Below are positions 38,648-48,172 of a stretch of DNA of 64,000 nucleotides, piece by piece. The translations under genes and the position numbers were made by a program. The stretch's first letter is position 1; each line of letters begins with the position of its first letter. This DNA is from a virus (Duplodnaviria > Caudoviricetes). The notes beneath the pieces were generated by a model that made no database searches, had not been told where the DNA came from, and was given only the letters and a program-made list of their open reading frames with translations. The stretch lies in IMG/VR virus record IMGVR_UViG_3300033463_000025, positions 1-64,000 of that record. One strand, given 5' to 3'.

Positions 38648-38980
38648 CTATGGTTTAGTTATATATAATCCAAGCACTTCTGCTTGTTCCAGCGTAGTTA
38701 GTTCATCAAAAATATCATTCAAATAATCGCTATCTAATATTATTTCAGATAATAACTTAATTTTTTCTTTATCCGATTCTTTATTCCATTGTGTATTTAT
38801 TTTATCTTTAAGACATTCTTCGCAAATATCTTCGTCGCCACAAGTATATTCTGCACCTTCCCCACCGCAAGTATCACAATAACGAACAGGCACATTGACA
38901 TATTTACACGGCTTACCAAGACAGCCCATTTCATGAGGACAGCCGACACAAAAGTTTTCTTTCTTAATCATTGTATTCAA
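38648..38980 (-). CDS. Cys-rich hypothetical protein
   Basis: Multiple CxxC pairs. Confidence 0.5.
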   Translation of the reverse strand: MNTMIKKENFCVGCPHEMGCLGKPCKYVNVPVRYCDTCGGEGAEYTCGDEDICEECLKDKINTQWNKESDKEKIKLLSEIILDSDYLNDIFDELTTLEQAEVLGLYITKP

Positions 38981-39491
38981 CTCGCTTATATGTTATAAAT
39001 TCCCACGGAATATCCCCACATAATCTTGGCGTTACCCTGTCGGTAATTTCCCATTGTGGGTTTTCATCAATGTTCGGGAAAAACGTATCAGCTTCTTTAA
39101 ATGTTTTTTTTATTCTTGTAAGCAACACATAGTCGCAATAATTTAAAAGTTGCTTATATATGCTTTCTCCACCTATAATAAAAATGTTAATAATAGGAAA
39201 GTCATATGGGTGTTTGTGATGATAAAGATAACCTATTACATTATCCATGTTCATGTAAATGACCCCATTTTCATCTTTTATTGGAGATGAACAATCGTGT
39301 GTGATAACTATATTGATACGCTCAGGTAAAGGAATTGAACCAATGGATTTAAAAGTGTTTTTACCCATAACAACAATGTTATTTTTTGTCAATGCTCTAA
39401 ACCTTTTTAAATCTCCTTGTATAGAACATAATAATTTATTGTTGTACCCTATACCCCATGACTCATCGGCGGCAACGATAGCATAAATCAT
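38964..39491 (-). CDS. folA: Dihydrofolate reductase
   Basis: IVA...GIG, VVMGKNT, PLPER.NIV, IIGG, ADTFFP. Confidence 0.93.
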   Translation of the reverse strand: MIYAIVAADESWGIGYNNKLLCSIQGDLKRFRALTKNNIVVMGKNTFKSIGSIPLPERINIVITHDCSSPIKDENGVIYMNMDNVIGYLYHHKHPYDFPIINIFIIGGESIYKQLLNYCDYVLLTRIKKTFKEADTFFPNIDENPQWEITDRVTPRLCGDIPWEFITYKRVEYND

Positions 39492-40324
39492 ATTCCAAGC
39501 TCCAATCTTATTTGAGGTTTAATTGGATTATAGTTTACCATTTCAAAATCATAAATGGTCATATCATAGAAGTTCCGCTTTCCTGAATTTAACACTAATC
39601 GCGGCTTTGACTTTTCATTCTGCCCATAATATCTGTAAATCAGAGTTTTTGCCGCGTTAATATGTCTATCATAGATTTGCTCATTTGCTACAAAGTGAGT
39701 AAAAACTCCTGCTTTATAGCCTGTATGCTGTGCAATCATCATCAGTAAAGCCGCATATTGAACCTCGTTCACCATACCACCGCCTGAAGCCGTCAACATA
39801 TCACCAGAACGTTGAATCATACACATATCAAGAAATTCATCACGAACATTCCAAATAGTACAAAAAGCACAAGGGGCAAGTCCAGCAGTTTCACGCAAAT
39901 CAGTTTCTTGCCATAGATTTACAATTTTGCGACGACCATATGGGTCTTTTTCTATGTCATTAATTAACTGATTAATTAAATCATAACGTTTAACTGTTCC
40001 ACCATATCTTTGCCCGATTGTTCCATCTCCAATATCCCAATCCTTCCACCAACCAACTCCCATTTCCTCCATTTCGGAAATCTTATTAGTAGGTTTTTGA
40101 TAAATGGTAAAAATCTCTTTAATACCAGTTTTCCAAGCAACAGGTCTAAGGGTACAGATAGGGAAATCACCCTTGCTTAAATCATATTTTCTTACAACAT
40201 GATTGATTGAATATGTATATGCAGGTGTGCCATCGGCATATTTCGGGCGTGGATTATCGTCTTTATATCCATTTTTCAATATATCTTGTATCGTGTTTAC
40301 TAAGTAATCATCTGCTCTTGTCAT
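39488..40324 (-). CDS. thyA: Thymidylate synthase
   Basis: RRKI, LAPC, QRSGD, NEVQY, IYDRH. Confidence 0.92.
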   Translation of the reverse strand: MTRADDYLVNTIQDILKNGYKDDNPRPKYADGTPAYTYSINHVVRKYDLSKGDFPICTLRPVAWKTGIKEIFTIYQKPTNKISEMEEMGVGWWKDWDIGDGTIGQRYGGTVKRYDLINQLINDIEKDPYGRRKIVNLWQETDLRETAGLAPCAFCTIWNVRDEFLDMCMIQRSGDMLTASGGGMVNEVQYAALLMMIAQHTGYKAGVFTHFVANEQIYDRHINAAKTLIYRYYGQNEKSKPRLVLNSGKRNFYDMTIYDFEMVNYNPIKPQIRLELGI

Positions 40325-40341
40325 TTTTTTTTACCAGCTCC

Positions 40342-40629
40342 TTATTCACAACCAATATACGCTGGCGGATTATTATTCCTAAACCAACCGATTGATTGTT
40401 CACCTGTCTCGGTATTAGTCAAAATTTCAACTGTACAATCTTCATGTCGTTCAACAACATCAAAACAGTTTGTTCTAACTGTCGTGCTGTTATAAATATA
40501 AGGGCAAATAACATCATCACCGAAATATTCACTATACCATTTTCGACCCTCTTGAATATCCTTGTACATATAGCAAACATCTTTGTGACTACAGTGTTGA
40601 CATATTCTCTCGTTCATTAATTGTTCCAT
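40342..40629 (-). CDS. Hypothetical protein
   Basis: ORF with RBS; CxxCxHxxVC. Confidence 0.5.
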   Translation of the reverse strand: MEQLMNERICQHCSHKDVCYMYKDIQEGRKWYSEYFGDDVICPYIYNSTTVRTNCFDVVERHEDCTVEILTNTETGEQSIGWFRNNNPPAYIGCE

Positions 40630-40697
40630 TATAACTTATCCTTTCTTGTGCATTATTACCTGTATGCCACAATAAATAATGCTTTTATAATCATCTT

Positions 40698-40925
40698 GCG
40701 GTGTAATACATATCAACATAAAAAGGAGTAAAAAATGGATTTAGATAGCATACCTGTATATTACACAGATTTACCGCAAGATGAGTTGAAGCTACTGCTT
40801 TATTATAATCAAATACAACTAAGCAATTCTAAAACAGAAGAGCTAAAGCATTATTATCTGCAAAAGATAAAATACATATCTTCGCTAATAGAAGAATAAC
40901 AAACTAAACAAATGTATTACACCGC
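40698..40925. repeat. 14-bp perfect inverted repeats flanking the micro-ORF
   Basis: GCGGTGTAATACAT (40698-40711) / ATGTATTACACCGC (40912-40925). Confidence 0.85.
40735..40899 (+). CDS. 54-aa antisense-oriented micro-ORF (not in the ORF track)
   Basis: AAAAGGAG RBS then ATG; MDLDSIPVYYTDLPQDELKLLLYYNQ...SLIEE; occupies an intergenic gap. Confidence 0.65.
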   Translation: MDLDSIPVYYTDLPQDELKLLLYYNQIQLSNSKTEELKHYYLQKIKYISSLIEE

Positions 40926-41405
40926 TTATATTTCAGAAATAATCGTTACATTTCCAAAATGTTTTTTATCTTCTAAATCAATAGGAACATAATCAGTCTG
41001 GTTGTGTTGTTCAAAACACTTTTCATATGTATTCCAGTCTATTAACATTGGATATAATATAGTTTCAATATCATATATGGAAATAGAACCATCAATTAAT
41101 ATATGATTATTTCTTAATCCTCTTTGTCCATCATAAAATGGGATAACAAAAAATCTACTACCGTTTTTGAAAAGCACTTCATAATACAACTCAGAACGTT
41201 TATTTGCTCGTTGTATTGAACTTTGATAACTAACTAAAAGTTTATATACTATGTTCCTTATTGTCTTTATCTTATTGCCATTCATATCGTGTAAATAATA
41301 TAAAGCTGAATGATAGAATGAATAGTGTGTACACATTTTTAATTCTTTATCAATAGAAGATAATAAAAATTGATATTGCGATGTATTCATATTACTACTC
41401 ACCAT
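40926..41405 (-). CDS. Terminase-ATPase-fragment-like protein
   Basis: VLFKNGSRF...DGQRGLRNNHILIDG...ILYPML. Confidence 0.55.
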   Translation of the reverse strand: MVSSNMNTSQYQFLLSSIDKELKMCTHYSFYHSALYYLHDMNGNKIKTIRNIVYKLLVSYQSSIQRANKRSELYYEVLFKNGSRFFVIPFYDGQRGLRNNHILIDGSISIYDIETILYPMLIDWNTYEKCFEQHNQTDYVPIDLEDKKHFGNVTIISEI

Positions 41406-41781
41406 TCTTCTCTTTGGGTTTTAATATAGCCCAAACATAAATACTTTCGTTGTTCATTACAAAATCTTCACTTGCAACAACAGTATAATCAGCATTTTGA
41501 AATTCAACTGTAGTATTTTCACTAAGCAACGGACAATCAACATCACCAATATAGAGCAAATAACCCTGATTATAATTATTGTCTGTAAAAACATCTACAG
41601 GAGATTCGTCGGTTACATAATTAACATGGCGACGAAATGTCACATACTTACGACGTAGCGGTTGAATAAATGCTTTAGTCGATATACAGTAATTATCCCC
41701 ACATACAACAACGCTATTGCCGTACTTTTGTAAAGCGTTATTAATATACTTAGTTTTCATCATTCTTTTTCCACATATCAA
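41395..41781 (-). CDS. Hypothetical protein, possible head-closure-like fold
   Basis: AFIQPLR, LLYIG, Y.V...E, YVWAIL pattern. Confidence 0.4.
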   Translation of the reverse strand: MICGKRMMKTKYINNALQKYGNSVVVCGDNYCISTKAFIQPLRRKYVTFRRHVNYVTDESPVDVFTDNNYNQGYLLYIGDVDCPLLSENTTVEFQNADYTVVASEDFVMNNESIYVWAILKPKEKNGE

Positions 41782-41965
41782 ACTTAGCTATATTACACAA
41801 GGATTCAACCTGTTTGCAGACTTTTACAAGCGTTTGGTTGATATTAAAATTCTTTTCACGAGCGTAATCAGCAATCGTTGTAATAACACTCATAAGCAAC
41901 GTCGCATCATACTCGTATTCTGCGCTATTATTGGTATTCTCAACATCTGGCATATTGTTATTCAC
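41750..41965 (-). CDS. Hypothetical protein
   Basis: ORF in operon. Confidence 0.4.
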   Translation of the reverse strand: MNNNMPDVENTNNSAEYEYDATLLMSVITTIADYAREKNFNINQTLVKVCKQVESLCNIAKFDMWKKNDEN

Positions 41966-41998
41966 CCTTTCATTTACGCAAATGAAATAGTCATTTCA

Positions 41999-42358
41999 TC
42001 AGCATTTTTCAGTAGGAAAAATAGCCGTATTACAATGACGAAGGATATTTCGATAGACTTTATGCTCAACCTTATCGTCCAAAACAAGAGCGTTCCATCT
42101 ACGACCCCTTGTATTATCAGACGGTATAAGCACATCTATTCGACTTCCGTTCTTAAACGTAATCGCTTTCGTCGGCTGTGATAATGATAAATACTCAAGC
42201 AGAACGCAATCAACAAAATCCGTCAAAACATCAACAGCCTTATCAAGCGTATCACTATCAGCTACGGCAATTCCTATTTTCAACTTCGGATATAACTCGC
42301 ATATCTCAACAGCATATCTTAAAGCTGGTCGAGATAAAGGCAGTACAACATTGTTCAT
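41999..42358 (-). CDS. Terminase-ATPase-fragment-like protein
   Basis: CELYPKLKIGIA...ITFKNGSRI...DNTRGRRWNALVLDD. Confidence 0.6.
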   Translation of the reverse strand: MNNVVLPLSRPALRYAVEICELYPKLKIGIAVADSDTLDKAVDVLTDFVDCVLLEYLSLSQPTKAITFKNGSRIDVLIPSDNTRGRRWNALVLDDKVEHKVYRNILRHCNTAIFPTEKC

Positions 42359-42363
42359 TAATA

Positions 42364-42711
42364 TCACCCGCCATTCTCTCTTACAAGATAGTCCCATAAA
42401 TCTTTTGTAGTCTGAAGTTTAATGTCAACCCCATCGTCAACATAATCCCCTGGCTCCCAACGCTCGCCAAACTCAAGTTCCCAAACGAAATACGGTATTA
42501 CATCTGAATCGCAACCCATTATCTTTTCAAGAAGACCAATAACATCGTCATCAAGTGACGGGAACATAAATTCAATATCGGTATGTAATTCCTTATTCCA
42601 TTTTCGGATTAAGTCACTTAGGCTTCGCTCAAAATCTGCAACCTTCTTTACTCGTCCAATATACTTTTCAAATTCATCATACGTTATACTTATTTGTCTT
42701 TCCATTCGCAA
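42364..42711 (-). CDS. Hypothetical phage protein
   Basis: YFVWELEFG...LWDYL. Confidence 0.5.
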   Translation of the reverse strand: MRMERQISITYDEFEKYIGRVKKVADFERSLSDLIRKWNKELHTDIEFMFPSLDDDVIGLLEKIMGCDSDVIPYFVWELEFGERWEPGDYVDDGVDIKLQTTKDLWDYLVRENGG

Positions 42712-42744
42712 CCTCTTTTGTTTGTATGTCAGTAAATTTTAATT

Positions 42745-45700
42745 TTACTTGACAAATTCATATTTTGTCAGCCATAGTTCTTTCGTGCCTGGGATGGGCA
42801 AGAATGAGCCGTCAGGCTGTTTTTCTTTTTTCGGCTCATACTTTTGATTAAGTACGCGAATAATATCGCCTTTTTTGATTTGCTTATTTTTATATGTTGT
42901 CTTTCGTATTTTGCAGTAAAACTCAATACCCGTTTTAACAGCATATACCTGTAACCTCGGAGAATACTTTGTGCTTATAGCCAACACAACAAGTACCTTA
43001 CTTGCCTTTGGGTCAACTACGTCTACATAACCTAAATACTTTGATTGACTTTTTATCTTATCGCTTAAAGTCCTCGGTTCTACAATAAGGTGACTTTCCA
43101 TATAAAGCAGGAATCCATATGTATCAACTTTAGTAAAAGTCTTGTCCGTTACGTTTTGTGAAAACTCTGCGAGAATATTATAGTCAAGATTATATTTGTC
43201 AGCTTTAACTTTTGATACAGATACCTTACCGTACAGCTCATCAAATAACAGCTTGACTTTCGCAAGGAAATTAGCATCTCCAAACTCGTCAAAGAAATCC
43301 AAAGCAATCAGAGTATCAAGCTGGCTACTTGTTAAGGAAGTTTTATTTTTCAAATCAATCATTAAGTCAATAAATGATTTGTACCTATTATCTCTTAACG
43401 CATACATTTCTTCAGCAACAGCGGCGTTTAATCCATTAATTGAAGCTATGCCCTTTTGTATGGTATGAGTTTCCTTATCAAATCCGTAGTTGGCTCTTGA
43501 CTCTCTAAAGCGAATAGGTGTAATCCTAATCCCGTGTTTTCTTGCATATTCTGTGATAGCAAGCGACTTTTCTTTCTTGTCGATAAAGATATTAAAAGCT
43601 GTTGAAATAAATTCAAGCGGATAATAATATCTTAAATAACCACAGATATAGCCAACCCAAGAATAAGGGTCTGAGTGGTTTTGTGAAAACAGATAATCAC
43701 TTGAGTCTTTAACAACCGCTATAAAGCCTTCAACAATCTTTTCGGCTTCTTCGGGCGGCGTTCCGTATCGCTCATTCATCACAGCGAGAAAACCTTTGAT
43801 ATGTCTTCCACCAGCTTGCAACGAACCGCCATACTTGATAATTGGTATATCTTGCTCTGTACCCGTTTTCTTTGCAAAATGTCTTCGGACAATATCAGCT
43901 TCGCCCATTGTGAAATCACAAAACTCGTGGAGAAATCCCATAACTTCTTCTTGATATATGCAGAAGCCAAGCGTCGGTTTAAGGTATTCATTGATAGCAT
44001 AATGACCGTTATCTTTGAATACACCTTTTGCTAAATCGTCACGGTATGAGCTTCCACCTGGTCTAATCGCACCATTACCCATAGAGAAAAGGTCAATATA
44101 TGAGAAATTCGGGTTTTGCTTTCTAATGTTCTCAACGGTACTATCACTGAATAACTGTTGTAAGTATGCTGTAGCTGATTGTGACTCCCATTGAAATATC
44201 ATCGTGGTATCTTCTCTAATGCTATTCCAAACAGCCACATCATCAGGTGTATTATCTGGCGTTAAAAAATCTATCCCAGCCGCTTCACAAGTCTTTGAAA
44301 TCATACCCATCGAGTCCAAGCCTAATATATCCAGCTTGACAAAATTTAAGCTGTCAATTTCTTTCATGTTTAATACGGAAACGGGGTATTCATCATTTGA
44401 TGTAGTGAACGTTCCAAACCAGTCATCAATCGGGAATGGTGATACTACACAGCCAGCAGGGTGATTACCGACTGATACTACAACACCTTGAGCAATCTCG
44501 ACATTCTTGAATATATAAGGATATTTTGCCTTGACGCTTTCGTAATCATTTTCTGCAAGTTTGATTAGCTCTTCTGAGAAAGCTAAATAATCATAAGGAA
44601 TTTCTTTGTGTTGGGCTGATTTTGTATATTCCTTTTTAAGCCATTCTTCAACGGCTTTAGGCATTTCTAAATCTTCGCCCTTGTGGTGCTTTTTGTATTC
44701 TTTACGGTCTTTTTCATACTGCTTTAGAGCTTCATCAAGTTTTGGCGGAAGAACCAACGACCGCAGATTAATTTGAAATAACCCTCTACATATATCCTTA
44801 ATTGCACCCTTTAATGCGATTGTGTTAAAGGTCACTATATCGCAACAATACAATCCTTCTTTTTCTTGCAGGTATTTTCTAATTACTTTTCTATCGGGGT
44901 CATACCAGTCTGTATCTATATCAGCAAGACTAATACGTTCACGCGACATAAATCTTTCAAAGTTAAGGTGAAACTTAACACTATCAATCTCGGTAATACC
45001 AAGCAGGTATGCAATCAATGAACCAGATACAGAGCCACGAGAATAGCCAAACTTAATACCACGCCTCCGCATTTCACTTTTGCAATCCTCATCAAGAAGC
45101 ATAAAGTCTACTGCATCATTGTGAACATAGGTATCATATTCGTAATGTATTCTATCTACATATTCTCTGTAATTAGGATATTTTTGAATACCGCGCCATT
45201 TAACGCCTTCGTTGATTTTCTGCTTGAATACCTCTTGAGCTTTATCGCCATACAGACGAGGATATTTAGCAGAACGGTCTAATTCAAATGTTTCAACACT
45301 ATCTGTCAGCCTGACTGTGTTCTCCATCGCTTCGGCTACAACGTCCATAGGTAAAGAGTTCTGACGCTTATATGTGTCATATAATTCTTGTGGCGTTTTG
45401 AAAACCAAATTCCATTCATCTTCGTCGTTGAAATGAACACCTTTTGCGGCTTGCAGAATAGCTCTACATTCCATATGGTCTTCGCTAATAGCGTGTGTAT
45501 CAGTACCAACAATAAGCGGAATACCTGTTGCTTTATGAATTTCATAAAGCATTTTATTATAATCAATCTGTTCTTTGGACAGATGATGCTGAATTTCTAA
45601 GTAACAGCGATGCTTATTATTCCTCAAGAAGTTTAGAAATCTCTCAGCAACTTTGGCATCGCCTTTATGTAAAACCCCACCAAGACAGGCGGTAGTGACT

Positions 45701-46314
45701 AAAATATTGTCGGAAGTTTTGAAAAGCTCATCGAATGTAATTCGAGGACTGCTATAAAAATGACAGTCATCTTCACGATTAAAAGAAGCAGACGTGAGCT
45801 TATTTAACTCTTTTACGCCATCATAATTCTTTGAAATTAAAACACAATGGTAATTATCCCTTGTCTTTATATGCTCTGTTTTGATAGAATCAATATCTAT
45901 CCAAACGGTTTTTGTGATTTCGGGATTATCTGGGTCAGCAACGTCAGCTATCCACTTGCCATCATCGGATTGCCGTGGCTCTCCCAAAAGTGTAACTCTA
46001 ACAGCCTTTTTCTTTTTGTTTGGCGTAAGATTTATTAATTCGGCAGTAAAGTAAGAATTGTTTTCGCCGTTATCCTCGGTCAAATACGCCTCAATAGCGT
46101 GGATATATTTCATACCAGCGGCTTCAACGGCTTCTTTTTTATGTACCCATTCAAAAATATTGCCGTGTTCGGAAAAGGCTAAAGCTGTCATTCCGCACTC
46201 TTTTGCCGCTTTAACATACGTTTTAAATGGAGTAACACTGTCAATATTGATAGTGCCATTAGACAACATACTATGCAAATGATATATATTGTATCTTAGT
46301 CTGCTGTCTTGCAT
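42745..46314 (-). CDS. dnaE: DNA polymerase III alpha subunit (family C)
   Basis: PHP HLHS/SEHG/DTH, RGSVSGS, FERF, DIDTD, HPAG, KLDILGL. Confidence 0.95.
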   Translation of the reverse strand: MQDSRLRYNIYHLHSMLSNGTINIDSVTPFKTYVKAAKECGMTALAFSEHGNIFEWVHKKEAVEAAGMKYIHAIEAYLTEDNGENNSYFTAELINLTPNKKKKAVRVTLLGEPRQSDDGKWIADVADPDNPEITKTVWIDIDSIKTEHIKTRDNYHCVLISKNYDGVKELNKLTSASFNREDDCHFYSSPRITFDELFKTSDNILVTTACLGGVLHKGDAKVAERFLNFLRNNKHRCYLEIQHHLSKEQIDYNKMLYEIHKATGIPLIVGTDTHAISEDHMECRAILQAAKGVHFNDEDEWNLVFKTPQELYDTYKRQNSLPMDVVAEAMENTVRLTDSVETFELDRSAKYPRLYGDKAQEVFKQKINEGVKWRGIQKYPNYREYVDRIHYEYDTYVHNDAVDFMLLDEDCKSEMRRRGIKFGYSRGSVSGSLIAYLLGITEIDSVKFHLNFERFMSRERISLADIDTDWYDPDRKVIRKYLQEKEGLYCCDIVTFNTIALKGAIKDICRGLFQINLRSLVLPPKLDEALKQYEKDRKEYKKHHKGEDLEMPKAVEEWLKKEYTKSAQHKEIPYDYLAFSEELIKLAENDYESVKAKYPYIFKNVEIAQGVVVSVGNHPAGCVVSPFPIDDWFGTFTTSNDEYPVSVLNMKEIDSLNFVKLDILGLDSMGMISKTCEAAGIDFLTPDNTPDDVAVWNSIREDTTMIFQWESQSATAYLQQLFSDSTVENIRKQNPNFSYIDLFSMGNGAIRPGGSSYRDDLAKGVFKDNGHYAINEYLKPTLGFCIYQEEVMGFLHEFCDFTMGEADIVRRHFAKKTGTEQDIPIIKYGGSLQAGGRHIKGFLAVMNERYGTPPEEAEKIVEGFIAVVKDSSDYLFSQNHSDPYSWVGYICGYLRYYYPLEFISTAFNIFIDKKEKSLAITEYARKHGIRITPIRFRESRANYGFDKETHTIQKGIASINGLNAAVAEEMYALRDNRYKSFIDLMIDLKNKTSLTSSQLDTLIALDFFDEFGDANFLAKVKLLFDELYGKVSVSKVKADKYNLDYNILAEFSQNVTDKTFTKVDTYGFLLYMESHLIVEPRTLSDKIKSQSKYLGYVDVVDPKASKVLVVLAISTKYSPRLQVYAVKTGIEFYCKIRKTTYKNKQIKKGDIIRVLNQKYEPKKEKQPDGSFLPIPGTKELWLTKYEFVK

Positions 46315-47120
46315 ACCTTACTCCAATCTTCAACCTCTTGTTTGTATTCACACGAGCCACGATAATCACATAGCTCGTTGCAATAAAAGTATTCTAAGTT
46401 TGCAGGAAATTCTTTCTCTTTGCCAATATTCCTGATAGTTGTTTTTGTGGCATCAAGTGTATCGTTATACTCATCCATAACAAACGGTATTGTAGTTAGC
46501 ACACCATCGTTTTTGTAATGATGCCAAACCAGCTCTTTTGGATATTCACCATATTCCTCAAATACAGCACGAGCATATAAATACATTTGCAATCTGTATT
46601 TATAAAAGTCTTTTGCCGATTGTGCTCGTACCTTACCCGATAAAGTAAAGAACGGTTTTGATGATTTGTGGTCTACAATCACTATCCGACCATCTGATTT
46701 ATCTCGCAACAACAAATCTATATAACCAATAAATTTGTGTCTGCCAACCTTGAAATGCACTTCTTTTTCAATGCCGATTATTTCATAATCATCAAGCCAT
46801 TCAAGATTCGTTTCAGCTAAATAGTTTGCACAGGCAAAATAGCTGTTATCCATGATAGTCTGTCTGGTAAAATAAATAACATTGTTATCAAATTCTGAAG
46901 CATAGTATTCTGACGCTTCAGCTAAAGTCATCTGTTTGGATAATATCTTTGCGAAAATACTATGTACAAACGAACCAAACTCGGCATAAAAGTTATCTTC
47001 TGGGAAATACAAATCATCATTAGCGACAACGTATTTAAGATAGAAAGAGTATGGGCATTGAATAAAAGTAGAAAGCCTTGAAAAAGACCACTGCATATTT
47101 TTAATCTCATCATATTTCAT
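46296..47120 (-). CDS. PD-(D/E)XK nuclease, Cas4/RecB-like
   Basis: SFSRL...CP, G..VH, GYIDL, DHKS, QMYLY, C-terminal C...C..R..C. Confidence 0.85.
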   Translation of the reverse strand: MKYDEIKNMQWSFSRLSTFIQCPYSFYLKYVVANDDLYFPEDNFYAEFGSFVHSIFAKILSKQMTLAEASEYYASEFDNNVIYFTRQTIMDNSYFACANYLAETNLEWLDDYEIIGIEKEVHFKVGRHKFIGYIDLLLRDKSDGRIVIVDHKSSKPFFTLSGKVRAQSAKDFYKYRLQMYLYARAVFEEYGEYPKELVWHHYKNDGVLTTIPFVMDEYNDTLDATKTTIRNIGKEKEFPANLEYFYCNELCDYRGSCEYKQEVEDWSKVCKTAD

Positions 47121-48154
47121 ACTACTTTCCTTCTATCCTCGTATAACTTAATCCATATATCTTTACCGCAATCAACTGGTGCATTTTTGTTCTTTTTCTT
47201 TTCACCGTTTATAATCTCAAACGGCTTGCCTAAAAGGTTATTTGTATCAATGATGGTATATAAATTTGTCATTCGACGCAGACGAGCCACATCGCGCTTT
47301 ACACTTGCTTCTTTATAATCAACATCTTTATCATAAGCCAATACTACACTCGCTTGCATTTTGATTAGCAATCGGATTTGTTCATCTGTTAATGTGTGCT
47401 TTTCTGCTGAAACACAATTTTTATATCCCCATTGAAAAGCCTTCATCACAGACTTTATTGACTCAAATACTATAACCTCGCCTTTTTCTTTGATGTACGG
47501 GTAGGTTCTCTCTAAAGATTGAAAGTAGTCAACAGTACCGACTGGATAATAGTTGATATACTTAGCAATCTTTATTCCGCTATTAAGTGGATATCTTGTT
47601 CTACCCTTAATGTTTATTAAACGTCCCCTTGCGTCATAAACGGGGTAAACAATCCTGTTCCCTTTTTCGTCTACCCGTACACCAAAGAAATCTAAAGTCT
47701 TTTGTTCTATACCTTCCTCAATCCATTCGGGAACAGGAGCATGGCTATATGTATCTAAAATACTTGGGTTTAATATCTCGTGGTTGGTATGTTCTTTTTG
47801 TTGATTATTCAACTTGCGGACACTACGGAGAAACGAGATTGTTTCTGAATGACATAAACTTGCAGGATTTATATGAGCTAATTTAGAGCCTTTATCAACA
47901 GCCTGCTCAAATGACAATCCTTCATAGTCCATTAACCATTTGACTATGCCACCGCCACGACCACAACCAAAACAAAAGTATTTATTTGTTTCTGGTGTAA
48001 TAGAAAGCGACGGAGTGTTATCCGTATGCTTAGGACAACGTGCGAAATACTCTCCCCTACCGCGCTGTTCAAATTCAAAGCTCTGACTTGCATATTCTAA
48101 AAGATTGACGGTATTGTTGATATACTCCAAAAGTTCTTCACTTGGGTTATACAT
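47117..48154 (-). CDS. DNA primase (CHC2 zinc finger + TOPRIM)
   Basis: CPKH.D.TPS...CFGC; VFES; AYDKD. Confidence 0.85.
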   Translation of the reverse strand: MYNPSEELLEYINNTVNLLEYASQSFEFEQRGRGEYFARCPKHTDNTPSLSITPETNKYFCFGCGRGGGIVKWLMDYEGLSFEQAVDKGSKLAHINPASLCHSETISFLRSVRKLNNQQKEHTNHEILNPSILDTYSHAPVPEWIEEGIEQKTLDFFGVRVDEKGNRIVYPVYDARGRLINIKGRTRYPLNSGIKIAKYINYYPVGTVDYFQSLERTYPYIKEKGEVIVFESIKSVMKAFQWGYKNCVSAEKHTLTDEQIRLLIKMQASVVLAYDKDVDYKEASVKRDVARLRRMTNLYTIIDTNNLLGKPFEIINGEKKKNKNAPVDCGKDIWIKLYEDRRKVV

Positions 48155-48172
48155 TTAACAATACCGCCTCCT

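Noticed and set aside
46296-47120. CRISPR-Cas system (Cas4)
   Set aside because: Solo nuclease within the replication operon; no cas1/cas2 or array in the window
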